Of a DNA stretch of 64,000 nucleotides, positions 1 through 9,421 are shown in pieces (position 1 is the first letter of the stretch; every line of letters begins with the position of its first letter). Origin of the DNA: an uncultured delta proteobacterium (GTDB taxonomy: Bacteria; Desulfobacterota; Binatia; JACPRU01); contig CAVUWD010000020.1 in assembly GCA_963745025.1 (NCBI GenBank), positions 64,001 through 128,000 of the forward strand, in the 5' to 3' direction. Under the pieces are notes generated by a model. That model searched no databases. It worked only from the letters and a program-made list of their open reading frames with translations, and had not been told where the DNA came from. The translations under genes and the position numbers were made by a program.

Positions 1-86
1 CGCTTCTGCAGGCGGTGGCGATCGACGTCGACGAGACGACCGGCAAAGCACGGGGAATCAAGCGGATTCGCGAGGTGCTCAAATGA
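1..86 (+). CDS. 3' end of probable YmdB-family (TIGR00282) metallophosphoesterase, partial
   Basis: Frame from nt 3 reads [27 protein letters not shown], resembling the YmdB C-terminus; ymdB-tyrS adjacency is common in Deltaproteobacteria. Confidence 0.6.
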   Translation, partial: LLQAVAIDVDETTGKARGIKRIREVLK

Positions 87-160
87 AGAACGGCTACCGG
101 CTACCGACTGCCGGCTACCGCAAAGGAAATCGCGGAGTCTTTGCCGGAAGCCGGTCGCCG
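87..160. repeat. Heptamer-based palindromic element, copy A
   Basis: (cggctac)-like x4, cgcaaag-N13-ctttgc, then (cggtagc)-like x2. Confidence 0.75.
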
Positions 161-168
161 TGTTGCCC

Positions 169-1380
169 ATGAAGCCCCTCTCAGAACAACTGGCGATTCT
201 GCGTCGCGGCACCGTAGAGGTGATTCCCGAAGAAGACCTCGTCCGTAAGCTCGGGCGCGCGGCGAAGACGGGGCAGCCGCTGCGGGTCAAGCTCGGCGCC
301 GACCCTTCCGCACCCGACCTCCACCTCGGTCACACCGTGGTGCTGCAGAAGCTTCGCGACTTCCAGGACTGCGGCCACACCGCGATCTTTCTGATCGGCG
401 ATTTCACCGGCATGATCGGCGATCCGACGGGGCGCTCGGAGACTCGCAAGGCGCTCGACCGCGAGCAAGTGGCGGCGAACGCCGAAACCTACAAGAAACA
501 GGTCTTCAAGATCCTGGATCCCGAGCGGACCGAGATCCGGTTCAACTCCGAGTGGATGGATCGTATGGGCGCCGCCGACATCGTCAAGCTCGCCGCGCAA
601 TACACGGTGGCACGTCTGCTCGAGCGCGACGACTTCGCCAGGCGTTTCCGAGAGAACCGTCCGATCAGCATCCACGAGTTCCTCTACCCGCTCGTCCAAG
701 GCTACGACTCGGTGGCGCTCGCCGCCGACATCGAGCTCGGCGGTACCGACCAGAAGTTCAATCTGCTGGTCGGCCGGGAGTTGCAAAAGGGGGCGGGACA
801 GGAGCCACAGGTCGTGCTCACCACGCCGCTTCTCGAGGGTACCGACGCGAGGCTCGTCGACGGCAGGCTCGTCGGTCAGAAGATGTCGAAGTCGCTCGGC
901 AACGCGATCGGCATCCACGAGCCGCCCGCAGAGATGTACGGCAAGATCATGGCGATCTCCGACGGCCTGATGCTCCGCTACATCGAGCTGCTGTCGCGGA
1001 GTGGCCCGCGGCCCGAACCGCGGCAGCAGCCGATGGCGGCGAAGCAGGCGCTTGCGGCCGAGATCGTCGCGCGCTTCCACGGCGCCGAGGCCAGCACAAA
1101 GGCGGCGGAGGAATTCGCGCAGCGCTTCCAGCGGCACGAGCTTCCTTCCGAGATTCGCGAATTCCGATGGAGAGGGCACGAGGAAGCCGTATGGATCACC
1201 CGGCTGATCGCCGAAGCTGGGTTGGCCAAATCGAACAGCGAGGCACGTCGCCTCGTGGCCCAGGGTGGCGTGCGGCTTGACGGCGGGCCCGTGAAGGACC
1301 CGCAGCTCGAGGTCCCGTGCCGCGGTAGCGTTCTCCTCGAAGTCGGCAAACGGCGAATCGCGCGCGTGGTCTTTGAATAG
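169..1380 (+). CDS. tyrS: Tyrosine--tRNA ligase
   Basis: HLGH (HIGH) and KMSKS motifs, GGTDQKFN, C-terminal S4 domain; ATG at 169. Confidence 0.97.
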   Translation: MKPLSEQLAILRRGTVEVIPEEDLVRKLGRAAKTGQPLRVKLGADPSAPDLHLGHTVVLQKLRDFQDCGHTAIFLIGDFTGMIGDPTGRSETRKALDREQVAANAETYKKQVFKILDPERTEIRFNSEWMDRMGAADIVKLAAQYTVARLLERDDFARRFRENRPISIHEFLYPLVQGYDSVALAADIELGGTDQKFNLLVGRELQKGAGQEPQVVLTTPLLEGTDARLVDGRLVGQKMSKSLGNAIGIHEPPAEMYGKIMAISDGLMLRYIELLSRSGPRPEPRQQPMAAKQALAAEIVARFHGAEASTKAAEEFAQRFQRHELPSEIREFRWRGHEEAVWITRLIAEAGLAKSNSEARRLVAQGGVRLDGGPVKDPQLEVPCRGSVLLEVGKRRIARVVFE

Positions 1381-1391
1381 GTGGATGGCTC

Positions 1392-1459
1392 TCGGCTACG
1401 GACTTCGGGCTAACGCAAGAAGAGGCCGCGAAGGCTTTGCCGGTAGCCGGTAGCCGCCG
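1392..1459. repeat. Heptamer-based palindromic element, copy B (between convergent genes)
   Basis: cggctac...cgcaag-N15-ctttgc-cggtagc-cggtagc. Confidence 0.65.
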
Positions 1460-2218
1460 TCAGTCGTCGGGCTTGTCTGCGGCGAAGCGAAGCCGCACGT
1501 AATCCGCGGTCCAGTGTCCGTCGACATCGCAGAGGTCGGGCCGCAAGAGCTCTTTTACCTCGTCCAGGAAAGCGGGCTTCTCCGAGGCGGCGAGCGTGTT
1601 GATGAAGCTCTCCGCGAAGGTTTCGAGCCATCCGGTGACGTCGCCGGGAAGCGGCGTCGGACGAGGGATCAACGCGATGGAACGGACGACGAAGCCGCGC
1701 GCGCGTAAGCGTCCCGCATAGTCTTCCGTCGTCGGGAAGTACCACGGGTTCACGGAGCGTGCGTCGATGCCGCGGCCTGTGAGCGTCCGTTCGAGCGCGT
1801 GAACGATCGTCGCGACGCAGCCATGCCCGCCGCATTCGGCGACGAAGCGGCCGCCGGGCCGCAGCGCTCGCCAGACGCCGGCGATCACGTCGTCGGCGCG
1901 CTTGATCCAGTGAAGCACCGCGTTGCTGAATACCGCGTCGAACGCGGCATCGAAGGTGAGGTGCTCCCCGTCCATTACGCGCGCATCGAGCCCGCGCGCA
2001 CGCGCCGCGGCGACCTGCGCGGCGCTGCCGTCGACTCCGACGACGTCGCAGCCCATTTCGACGAGCTTCGCGGTGAGCGCGCCGTCGCCGCAGCCGAGAT
2101 CGAGGATGCGCTCTCCCGACCGTGGTGCGAGCAGCTCGACGACGGGTGCGCCGAGGTCGGAGACGAAGCGGGCGTTTCGTGCGTAACGCTCGGGATCCCA
2201 GGTTTGCGACGAATTCAT
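1460..2218 (-). CDS. Class I SAM-dependent methyltransferase (trans-aconitate methyltransferase-like)
   Basis: ILDLGCGDG motif I, FDAVFSNAVLHW, LRPGGRF, C-terminal DYVRLRF. Confidence 0.9.
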   Translation of the reverse strand: MNSSQTWDPERYARNARFVSDLGAPVVELLAPRSGERILDLGCGDGALTAKLVEMGCDVVGVDGSAAQVAAARARGLDARVMDGEHLTFDAAFDAVFSNAVLHWIKRADDVIAGVWRALRPGGRFVAECGGHGCVATIVHALERTLTGRGIDARSVNPWYFPTTEDYAGRLRARGFVVRSIALIPRPTPLPGDVTGWLETFAESFINTLAASEKPAFLDEVKELLRPDLCDVDGHWTADYVRLRFAADKPDD

Positions 2219-2328
2219 GGCGACGCCCCTGTTACCGGCGGCCGAGCGATGACCGCGAACACGCGGTCCGCCAATCCCGCCGGCAAGCCGGTGTATTCGG
2301 CGGTGTTGGTGAAGTCGACGGGCATCGG

Positions 2329-2423
2329 GGGCTACAGGCTACAGTCTACCGGCTACAGGCTACCGCAAAGTGCCGGCGAAGTCCTTGCCGGTAGCCGGTA
2401 ACCGGAAGCCGGTAGCCGTTCTT
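2329..2423. repeat. Heptamer-based palindromic element, copy C
   Basis: (aggctac/cggctac) x5, cgcaaag-N13-cttgc, (cggtagc)-like x4; ends cgttctt, the reverse complement of the start of copy A. Confidence 0.8.
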
Positions 2424-2908
2424 CATGCGAGCCGCGCCAGCTCGGGGGCGAGCGCGTGGATCTTCTCGAGCGCGAGTGGATCGTCGGCGAGAAGGCGGAA
2501 ATCTTCATACTCGAATCCGGGGCCGACGGTACATCCGGCGAGAGCATATTCGCCGATCGGTCGCGCCGCCTGCCACCAGCCGGCGGGCACGGTTTGGACG
2601 GGGCGGTGGTCGTTGCCGACGGCCGCGAGGCGGGCGCGCTCGATCGTGTCGAGGTCGGGTGGAGCGACCAACAGCTCGAGAGGACCCCCTTCGTAAAGGT
2701 GCCAGACTTCGTCGGACGATACCGCGTGCCAGCGGCTCACCTGCCCCTCGGGAAGCAAGAAGAAGATCGTGGTGATCGCGGCACGCTCGCGGCGGTCGTC
2801 GGCGGGGTGGACGCGCGAGCGCGAACGGAACACCTCGCGAAAGAATCCGCCCTCCGGGTGGGGGACGAGATCCAGCGTGCGGATCAGCTCGGCGGCTCGC
2901 GCATGCAT
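2423..2908 (-). CDS. Cupin_5 (DUF985) family protein
   Basis: [51 protein letters not shown]; ATG at 2908. Confidence 0.92.
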   Translation of the reverse strand: MHARAAELIRTLDLVPHPEGGFFREVFRSRSRVHPADDRRERAAITTIFFLLPEGQVSRWHAVSSDEVWHLYEGGPLELLVAPPDLDTIERARLAAVGNDHRPVQTVPAGWWQAARPIGEYALAGCTVGPGFEYEDFRLLADDPLALEKIHALAPELARLA

Positions 2909-2911
2909 TCC

Positions 2912-3085
2912 GGATCCGGGAGTACACGACACAGTCGCGGGGTACGTCGGAGATGTTGGGATGGAGGCTCCGGCGGCGAAGGACGTCCTCTCGTTGCATG
3001 CCGGCCTTCTCCGTCGCTCGGCGCGATGCGACGTTTTCGACGTCGCAGACGGCGTTCGGTGCGAAGCCACGAAGTCAACGATCCG
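2912..3085 (-). pseudogene. C-terminal remnant of a RimJ/RimL-type GNAT acetyltransferase
   Basis: Reads [48 protein letters not shown], a typical GNAT C-terminus, with no N-terminal part. Confidence 0.6.
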
Positions 3086-3087
3086 CC

Positions 3088-3909
3088 TCAGTGAAGCTCG
3101 ATCCCGCCGTCGACGTTGATCGCTTGGCCCGTCACGTTCTCGGCGCTGGCGAGATAGACGGCCAGCTCGCCGATGTCGTCCGGCGTCTGTGCGCGCCCGA
3201 GAGGGATGAACTCCTTCACGTATCGCTCCCAAGACGCGTCCTTCGATTCGCCGGGTTGCTTCAGGGCGTCCGACAGGTACTCCCACATCTGGGTCCGTAG
3301 GATGCCCGGGCAGATCGCGTTGACGCGAACTCCACTGGCAGCGACCTCCTTGGCGAGTGAGTTGGTGAAGCCGACCACGGCGAACTTGGAGGCGCAATAG
3401 TGCGCCAGCCCGCCGAAGCCATTCTTGCCGGCGACCGAAGCGATGTTGATGATGGAAGCGCCGGGGCGCTTCCTCAGCTCGGGGAGCGCCGCCTGGCAGG
3501 ACAAAAAGACCCCCTTGACGTTGACGGCGAGCGTCAGGTCCCAGGTCTCCTCGGGCATCTCCTCTACCGGCGAGACACTCACCACCCCGGCATTGCAAAC
3601 CAGGATGTCCAGCCCGTCGAGTCGCTGCACGGTCTCCTGAACCATCCGCACGACATCTTGCTTGCGGGTGACGTCGGCGTGAATCGCCGTAGACTTTCGC
3701 CCGAGACCGGCGATCTCCGCGGCCGTGCCCTGCGAGGCCGTGAAGCCGCCGACGGACTCGCTCGCGTATTGCTGGCTCGTCGTCGGCAACCGCTCGACGT
3801 CGGCGACCGCCACATCGGCGCCCGCCCGCGCGAGCGCCAGCGCGATCCCTCGCCCGATGCCGCGAGCGCCTCCGGTGACGAGAGCGACTTTTCCTTCGAG
3901 ACTCCGCAT
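3088..3909 (-). CDS. Short-chain dehydrogenase/reductase (SDR)
   Basis: TGGARGIG, CNAG, YCASK (YxxxK), VNAICPG, VDGG; RBS upstream of ATG 3909. Confidence 0.95.
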   Translation of the reverse strand: MRSLEGKVALVTGGARGIGRGIALALARAGADVAVADVERLPTTSQQYASESVGGFTASQGTAAEIAGLGRKSTAIHADVTRKQDVVRMVQETVQRLDGLDILVCNAGVVSVSPVEEMPEETWDLTLAVNVKGVFLSCQAALPELRKRPGASIINIASVAGKNGFGGLAHYCASKFAVVGFTNSLAKEVAASGVRVNAICPGILRTQMWEYLSDALKQPGESKDASWERYVKEFIPLGRAQTPDDIGELAVYLASAENVTGQAINVDGGIELH

Positions 3910-4026
3910 GCTGCCTCCTTTTGCTTTCGTTTCTCGACCGGTCACGCTTGGCGTCGAACGATCGCGTGACGATCAAGATCCCTGTCGACGCGAAGGGCGC
4001 CTGACGTCTGGTTCGTGGAAGGGGGC

Positions 4027-4569
4027 CTAGTGTCGCACCGCGCCGACGATGATGAAGGCCATGACGCATTCGCGATCGCCAAGATTCCGCCACGCGTGAC
4101 GCGTGCCGTTCTGAATCACGCAGTCGCCGACTTTCAGGTGCGCTTTCGCGCCATCGTCGAGCTCGAGCCAGATCTCCCCGGACAGCACCACCCCGTAGTC
4201 GACCGTGCGCGTGGTATGCATGCCTGGCGCCCCGTTCTCCATGCTGTCGGCCATGCGGGGAAACTGCGCGTAGAACTCATGCTCGCCCGCTTCGAGGTCG
4301 ACGCCGGATTCCGCGGCCCGCGTCAGGTCGCTCGCGGCTGGAAACGTCACGACACAGAATTCGGTACCACCGGGATCCGGAAAGAACGGATGCGGAGCTA
4401 CAGTGGGATCCTCGTGGCTCGCCGGAAGCTCAGGGATGCCGGCGACCGTCCAGACCTCGTCGATGCGAAATCGTGGCACGCCCCTCATCGCCACGCTGCG
4501 CGAGACGGGGCCCTCGCTCACGAAGATGGATTTTCCCGCTCGATCATGGCCCGTCACTACTCGTCGCAT
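4027..4569 (-). CDS. Cupin domain protein
   Basis: MRRVVTGHD start, GMHTTRTVDYGVVLSGEI, QNGTRHAWRN. Confidence 0.9.
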   Translation of the reverse strand: MRRVVTGHDRAGKSIFVSEGPVSRSVAMRGVPRFRIDEVWTVAGIPELPASHEDPTVAPHPFFPDPGGTEFCVVTFPAASDLTRAAESGVDLEAGEHEFYAQFPRMADSMENGAPGMHTTRTVDYGVVLSGEIWLELDDGAKAHLKVGDCVIQNGTRHAWRNLGDRECVMAFIIVGAVRH

Positions 4570-4614
4570 TGCAACCTCCTCGAGCAAAAGAGAATCACGG
4601 CGAAATGCGGAGGG

Positions 4615-4986
4615 TCAACCCCGAGCCCGCCGGCGCCGCATGACGATCCAGCCGTAGACGATTGCGTTGACCCCGAGCGCCAGCGTACCGAGAGCGATCT
4701 GCGTGTCTCGCGTCAGGCCCTCGGGGTAGAGCAACGCCGTCAGGTAATGATCCACGAAGTCTCCCGTATAGCCCGGCTCGCCACCCCGGCGGCGCAAGAA
4801 GATCTCGAGCGGAGTGAGCGGACAGACGAGCCCCGCGTACTCCACGAGTACGCCCCAGAGCGCTGCCGACGCGTGAATCCACACCCACCTCGGCCAGCGC
4901 AGCACAACGAGACCGCCGAACACGACGAACGCGACGAACGCCGCGTGTGCGAGCAAGACGAGATCGGCGAGCAAGCGGTACGACAC
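4615..4986 (-). CDS. DUF2784 family membrane protein
   Basis: LLADLVLLAH...CPLTPLE...GY.GDFVDHY..LYP pattern, 3 hydrophobic segments. Confidence 0.85.
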   Translation of the reverse strand: MSYRLLADLVLLAHAAFVAFVVFGGLVVLRWPRWVWIHASAALWGVLVEYAGLVCPLTPLEIFLRRRGGEPGYTGDFVDHYLTALLYPEGLTRDTQIALGTLALGVNAIVYGWIVMRRRRARG

Positions 4987-4992
4987 CAGGCG

Positions 4993-5379
4993 CTACGGTT
5001 TCCCGAAGAAGGAGGTGATGTCGAAGCAGATCGTCCTCGACGAGCCCTCGGCAGTGAGAATGTGGATCGTCTCGAGCTGTCGGCCAGCCTCCTGCGACAA
5101 ATCCTGCGAAGCGATGCGGGAGCCAGCGTGCTTCGTGAAGACCCACCACCGCTCCGCTCGAACTCCCTCCGTCTCGTGGCGCGCACCGATGATGACGATC
5201 GCCCGACGGCAGCTCGATCCATCGCCTCCCGCAAATTGAACGTGCCCCTCGGGCGTCGGCAGCAAGATCGGAGCAGGCAGGGGATCGGCCAGTCCCGAGC
5301 TCGCCAGCAGCGTGGCGATGAGAACGGATCGGGTCGGAGCTCGTCTCCGGCGGCCGGCCGTGCTCGCGGGCGCGTTCAT
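4993..5379 (-). CDS. Hypothetical exported protein
   Basis: Signal-like N-terminus; GGDGSS..AIVI and FDITSFFGK conserved-looking motifs; sits within a co-oriented gene run. Confidence 0.6.
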   Translation of the reverse strand: MNAPASTAGRRRRAPTRSVLIATLLASSGLADPLPAPILLPTPEGHVQFAGGDGSSCRRAIVIIGARHETEGVRAERWWVFTKHAGSRIASQDLSQEAGRQLETIHILTAEGSSRTICFDITSFFGKP

Positions 5380-5667
5380 TTCGGGAACTCACGAATCGTA
5401 GCGAAACAGGGCTCCGCGTCGTCCTCGTACACGGGGTGCCCGCATCCGGCGAAGCGTTCGAAGCGAGTCATCCCCGCAGGCGATGCCCGAGCGAGATCGT
5501 GGCCGTCCTCTACCACGACCGGATCGCTGACGTGCAAGCAATCGACCCAAACCGCCTGAAAGAGCGCGTCGATGGGCTTTAGGCGCTCGGCGAGCCCCGG
5601 CAGCTGCGTCCACGCCCAGGTAGGCATTCGGCGAAATGTAATCGAAGTAGAAGCGCACGGTCGGCAC
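5376..5667 (-). pseudogene. Chimeric remnant: DsbA/HCCA-isomerase N-terminus fused to an alpha/beta-hydrolase-like tail
   Basis: VRFYFDYISPNAYL/AWTQLP (frameshift), then IDALFQAVWVD, then RFERFAGCGHPVYEDDAEPCFATIREF. Confidence 0.55.
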
Positions 5668-5687
5668 GGCAGAGCGCTTTTCGATCG

Positions 5688-7061
5688 TCAGCCGTTGCCC
5701 AGTTGCTGCTGCACGATGTCGAGGTAGGTGGTTCCGAAGCCCTCGTACTCGTAGCCCTGCGTGTACAGCTGCCGGCCGCTCGCATCGTCGCGTGTCGCTG
5801 GTGCAGGGGCAACCGGCTCGATCGCCGTGTCCTCGTTCCACTCGTTCCACGAGGTGATGAGGATCATGCCAAGCGTTCCGTCTGCCAGCGGCTTGCCGAT
5901 TCGCTCGATCGATTCGGTGAAGAAGGATCCTTCCGGGGCATCGGCCGACCAGCGGCGCGGGATCGCGAAGTGGTCCGCGGCGAGCCGCGTGCCACGGTCG
6001 TTGTAGCCCGGGATCAAGCCGGGAACGATCGGCACGCCGCCAGCGCTGCGGTACCGTTGATACAGCGCCACGCTATCGGGGACGAACGCGCTCGCGGAGC
6101 CGTAGCCTCGATCCTGCGGCCGTTCGCTCGCGTAGAGGTTGTACGCGGTGATCGCATCGAAGAGGCGGATTCGCGAGACCTGGGGATCGCCCGTGCCCCG
6201 GCCCGGGGCGCTCGGATCTTCGTTTGCTTCGATCACCGTCCAGAAGATCTCGTCGCCGATCACGAAGGGGTCGTAGCCCTCGGCGGAGAGCGATTGCCGC
6301 ATCTCGCTCATCGCCTGCGGGAAGAGCCCGTGAATTTCCCGGCTGAGGTAGACGATGACCACCGGCCGTCCATCGATCCGGAGGTAGCTCGGGTGGCCGA
6401 AGTAGCGCCGGGCGATCGTGACCATGTCCGACACGAAGCGGCTCTTCGTCGCCGCGTCGAAGAGGATACCCTGCCCGGATTGGCGGTCGCCGAGCCCAAA
6501 AGAGTTGTAGAAGATGCAGAAGCGAATCTGATTGATGTTCGAGGCGCGAAGGAAGCCAGCGTCGATCGCATCGTTCTGCGACGGCCGGTTCGGCCACCAG
6601 TCGAGCGAGAAGAAGTCGATGCCGTGCGACGCGGCGAGCGAGATTTGCTCCGCGGCGATCGCCGCGCTCCGCGAGCTGTATTCCCCGAGCGCGGGTGCTT
6701 CGGGTGGTTCGAGCACGGCGCGAAGATAGCCCTGCTCGAAATTGGAGGGGTACCAGACGTAGTAGTGAGCACCGACCAGGTAGGGACCACTGCCGCCTCC
6801 GCCACCGCCTCCGCACGACAAGAGCATGGCTACGGCGCAGACGAGAACGGCGCCCGGCAACCTCAGTTTGCCGGGCGTCGAAAAGAAACCTTTGTGCCGT
6901 CGATTGCCTCGCCGCCACGACGTTCCGCAGAAGCGGTAAACGCCGGCGAACGCGGTCGACGCAATCACGATTCTCAACAACGTCGTGCGTCTCGGGAAAT
7001 GCTCGACGAGGGGCCACGCCGGGAGCTCGGTGAGCCACCGTACCTCGAGCTCTCGAAGCAT
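5688..7061 (-). CDS. Glycoside hydrolase family 99/71-like lipoprotein (true start probably ~6830-6900)
   Basis: Lipobox MLLSC+GGGG, VGAHYYVWY, GIDFFSLDWW, ITSWNEWNEDTAIEP. Confidence 0.8.
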   Translation of the reverse strand: MLRELEVRWLTELPAWPLVEHFPRRTTLLRIVIASTAFAGVYRFCGTSWRRGNRRHKGFFSTPGKLRLPGAVLVCAVAMLLSCGGGGGGGSGPYLVGAHYYVWYPSNFEQGYLRAVLEPPEAPALGEYSSRSAAIAAEQISLAASHGIDFFSLDWWPNRPSQNDAIDAGFLRASNINQIRFCIFYNSFGLGDRQSGQGILFDAATKSRFVSDMVTIARRYFGHPSYLRIDGRPVVIVYLSREIHGLFPQAMSEMRQSLSAEGYDPFVIGDEIFWTVIEANEDPSAPGRGTGDPQVSRIRLFDAITAYNLYASERPQDRGYGSASAFVPDSVALYQRYRSAGGVPIVPGLIPGYNDRGTRLAADHFAIPRRWSADAPEGSFFTESIERIGKPLADGTLGMILITSWNEWNEDTAIEPVAPAPATRDDASGRQLYTQGYEYEGFGTTYLDIVQQQLGNG

Positions 7062-7068
7062 CTGAAGA

Positions 7069-7821
7069 TCAAGAAGGCGGACAGAGCAACTCCTCCGCGC
7101 GCTTCAGATCTTCCGGCGTGCCGACATCGCTCCAGAATCCCTGAAGGGGAAAGGCGTAGATCGCCAACCCGTCGGCGAGCATCGCGCTGATCGCATCGGG
7201 GATCTCGTATTCCCCCCGCGGCGAGGGCTTCACCGCGGCAGCGTAGTCGAAGACCGCGGGGCGAAAGACTGCGATCCCCGCGTTGTTCCAATGCGTCTGC
7301 GCGGTGCCGGGAGGAGGCTTCTCGAGGATCCGCTCGATGCGGTTGTCGGCATCCACGTATACCGCAGCGCCGCGACAGGGATCCGCGACCCAGTTGACGC
7401 CCAGTAAGCCGTCCGGCTGCCTCTCGCGGAACGTGGCGAGCAAAGCGGGGTAGTTTCCCGGCTCGGCAAGAATGTCCCCCCAGGCGAGCAGGAACGGGCG
7501 GTCGCCGATCGAGTCGCGGCCGAGCAGCAGCGCCCGGGCGGTACCGTCCTGCACCTCCTGCCGTCGGTAGACGAGCTCGACTCCGAGCCGAGCCCCATCG
7601 CCGAAGTGGTTCTCGATTCGGTCGGCGTGATACCCCGTGACGACGACGAATCGCTCGATGCCCGCGTTTCGCAGCGTGAGCAATATGTGCTCGAGAAGCG
7701 GGCGCCCGGCGATCGGAAGCATCGCCTTCGGCAGATCTTCCGTCAGTCCCTTCATCCGGGTGCCGCGCCCTGCGGCGAGGATCACCGCATCGCGAAGCGA
7801 GGCCGAATCGCGTCCGGTCAT
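7069..7821 (-). CDS. Sugar-phosphate nucleotidyltransferase (single domain)
   Basis: ILAAGRGTRM...PKAMLPI, GTARA, WGD, EKP, SPRGEYEI, WSDVGT. Confidence 0.9.
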   Translation of the reverse strand: MTGRDSASLRDAVILAAGRGTRMKGLTEDLPKAMLPIAGRPLLEHILLTLRNAGIERFVVVTGYHADRIENHFGDGARLGVELVYRRQEVQDGTARALLLGRDSIGDRPFLLAWGDILAEPGNYPALLATFRERQPDGLLGVNWVADPCRGAAVYVDADNRIERILEKPPPGTAQTHWNNAGIAVFRPAVFDYAAAVKPSPRGEYEIPDAISAMLADGLAIYAFPLQGFWSDVGTPEDLKRAEELLCPPS

Positions 7822-7914
7822 GGCCGGCGATCCTGCTCGACGACTCTCTGCTGTTCAAGAGGCGAAATCGCCCTTGTCATGAAAATCGACTGGGACTATT
7901 CTGGCCCGGTACAC

Positions 7915-8442
7915 ATGAACGAGGGGAATACCGGCAAAATCTACTTCCTCAGTGGCCGGGGACGTCGGTCGACGACTCGTATACTGCGCAGGAAGAGTGA
8001 GCCTAGCGGGGGCTCGTCCGGCGACCGCCGCAAGCCGTCGCCTCAGGAGACTACGTGGCTCGCACGGGCGTTGTTCATCGAGGGGATGTACTTCGCCCTT
8101 CTCTGGCTCGCGGAGGGCACCGATCTCTTCTCGTTTCAACCCGATTCCGGGCTTCGCCAGTGGCTCTACTCGTTTTTTCCTGCGGAGATCTTCGTCGCCG
8201 TGATCGCCGTCGTCGGCGCCTACGAGCTACAGCAACACGCCGGCAAGCGCGATGCGTTTGCATTGGTGGCTGCCGGAGGCCTGGTGTTCCTCGCGCTCGA
8301 ACGGCTGACCCTGCTCGTCTCCGGAGGATTTCGGCACGATCTGAGCCCCGGTGAGCGCCTCGAAATGACGGCCATGGGCATCTGCATGGGGGTGGGAATC
8401 TGGACGATCTCTCACTCTCTCCGCTTCCGAGCGGAAGAATGA
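7915..8442 (+). CDS. Hypothetical membrane protein
   Basis: ATG 7915; about 4 hydrophobic segments; directly upstream of the DUF58 gene. Confidence 0.6.
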   Translation: MNEGNTGKIYFLSGRGRRSTTRILRRKSEPSGGSSGDRRKPSPQETTWLARALFIEGMYFALLWLAEGTDLFSFQPDSGLRQWLYSFFPAEIFVAVIAVVGAYELQQHAGKRDAFALVAAGGLVFLALERLTLLVSGGFRHDLSPGERLEMTAMGICMGVGIWTISHSLRFRAEE

Positions 8443-8458
8443 CGCTCCGCCGCTCGGC

Positions 8459-9421
8459 ATGCCGGCCGCTGCCCGCCTGAGAGACCGGTTGTTCGCCAGG
8501 CGTTCCGCCGGCGAGGAAGAGCCGTTCGATCCGCGCCTGTTTTCGCAGCTCGATCGCATTCGGTTTCGTTTCGGCCGGGTGCGCGGTGCACGCGGTGGAG
8601 AGACGCCGGTTCGAGGGCTGACCCAGGAATCCGGGATCGAGGTCGAAAGCTTCAAGAGCTACTCCGCTGGCGACGACATTCGTTACGTGGATTGGAACGC
8701 CGTCGGCAGACTCGACCAGCTCCTCACGCGTCGGTTCGTCGCCGAGCGCGAGATTCCAGTGCACGTGCTGCTGGACGCCAGCGCGTCGATGGCCGTGCCG
8801 GCGGAGGATCGCAAGTTCGGTTTCAGCGTCCAGCTGGCTGGCGCGCTCGCATACATCGCGCTCAACGGCAACGATCCCGTGCGCATCGCCGCGCTGCGCG
8901 AGGGGCCTCGAGGAGCGGAGGTGGAGGAATCGCCGCTGCTTCGCCATCGCGGCCGCTATCTGCGTCTGAAGCCCTTCCTGTCCGCTCTGGTGCCGTCGCG
9001 AAGTACGGCACTGCTGGACGGTGTCTCCCGATACCTCGGAAATCACCGAGAGTGCGGCATGGCGGTCGTCATCTCCGACTTTCTCGTCTCCCCTGACCTC
9101 TACGAGCGGGCGCTCGAGCGTCTGCAGGCGAGGCGATTCCAGGTGCAGGCCATCCAGGTCGTCGGACGCGAGGAACGCACACTCGAGGCGGTCGGCGGCC
9201 GCTTGCGCTTGAGAGACTCGGAGACCGGCGGCATCCGTGAAGTCGTGCTCTCGGCCGCGGACCGGCGCCGCTACGCCGCCGCGTTCGTCGCGCGGGTCGA
9301 GGCGATTTGCGCCTTTTGCCACCGGAACTCGATCGGGTACACGACCGTTTCGGCCGACTTGGGCATCGAGCACTGTCTGACACGCGTTCTTCCGGCTAGC
9401 GGAATGCTGCGTTTGCGATGA
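8459..9421 (+). CDS. DUF58 domain protein (MoxR-associated, vWA-like)
   Basis: YSAGDDIRYVDWN, LLDASASM, VVISDF. Confidence 0.92.
   Translation: MPAAARLRDRLFARRSAGEEEPFDPRLFSQLDRIRFRFGRVRGARGGETPVRGLTQESGIEVESFKSYSAGDDIRYVDWNAVGRLDQLLTRRFVAEREIPVHVLLDASASMAVPAEDRKFGFSVQLAGALAYIALNGNDPVRIAALREGPRGAEVEESPLLRHRGRYLRLKPFLSALVPSRSTALLDGVSRYLGNHRECGMAVVISDFLVSPDLYERALERLQARRFQVQAIQVVGREERTLEAVGGRLRLRDSETGGIREVVLSAADRRRYAAAFVARVEAICAFCHRNSIGYTTVSADLGIEHCLTRVLPASGMLRLR

Noticed and set aside
2215-2325. 36-aa ORF (MPVDFTNTAEYTG...) overlapping the methyltransferase start
   Set aside because: No RBS (the start abuts a repeat element) and no recognisable family; cannot be supported as a gene
87-2423. 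Repeats near tyrS as a CRISPR array
   Set aside because: Units are 7-mer tandem palindromes separated by whole genes; no constant repeat-spacer periodicity and no cas genes
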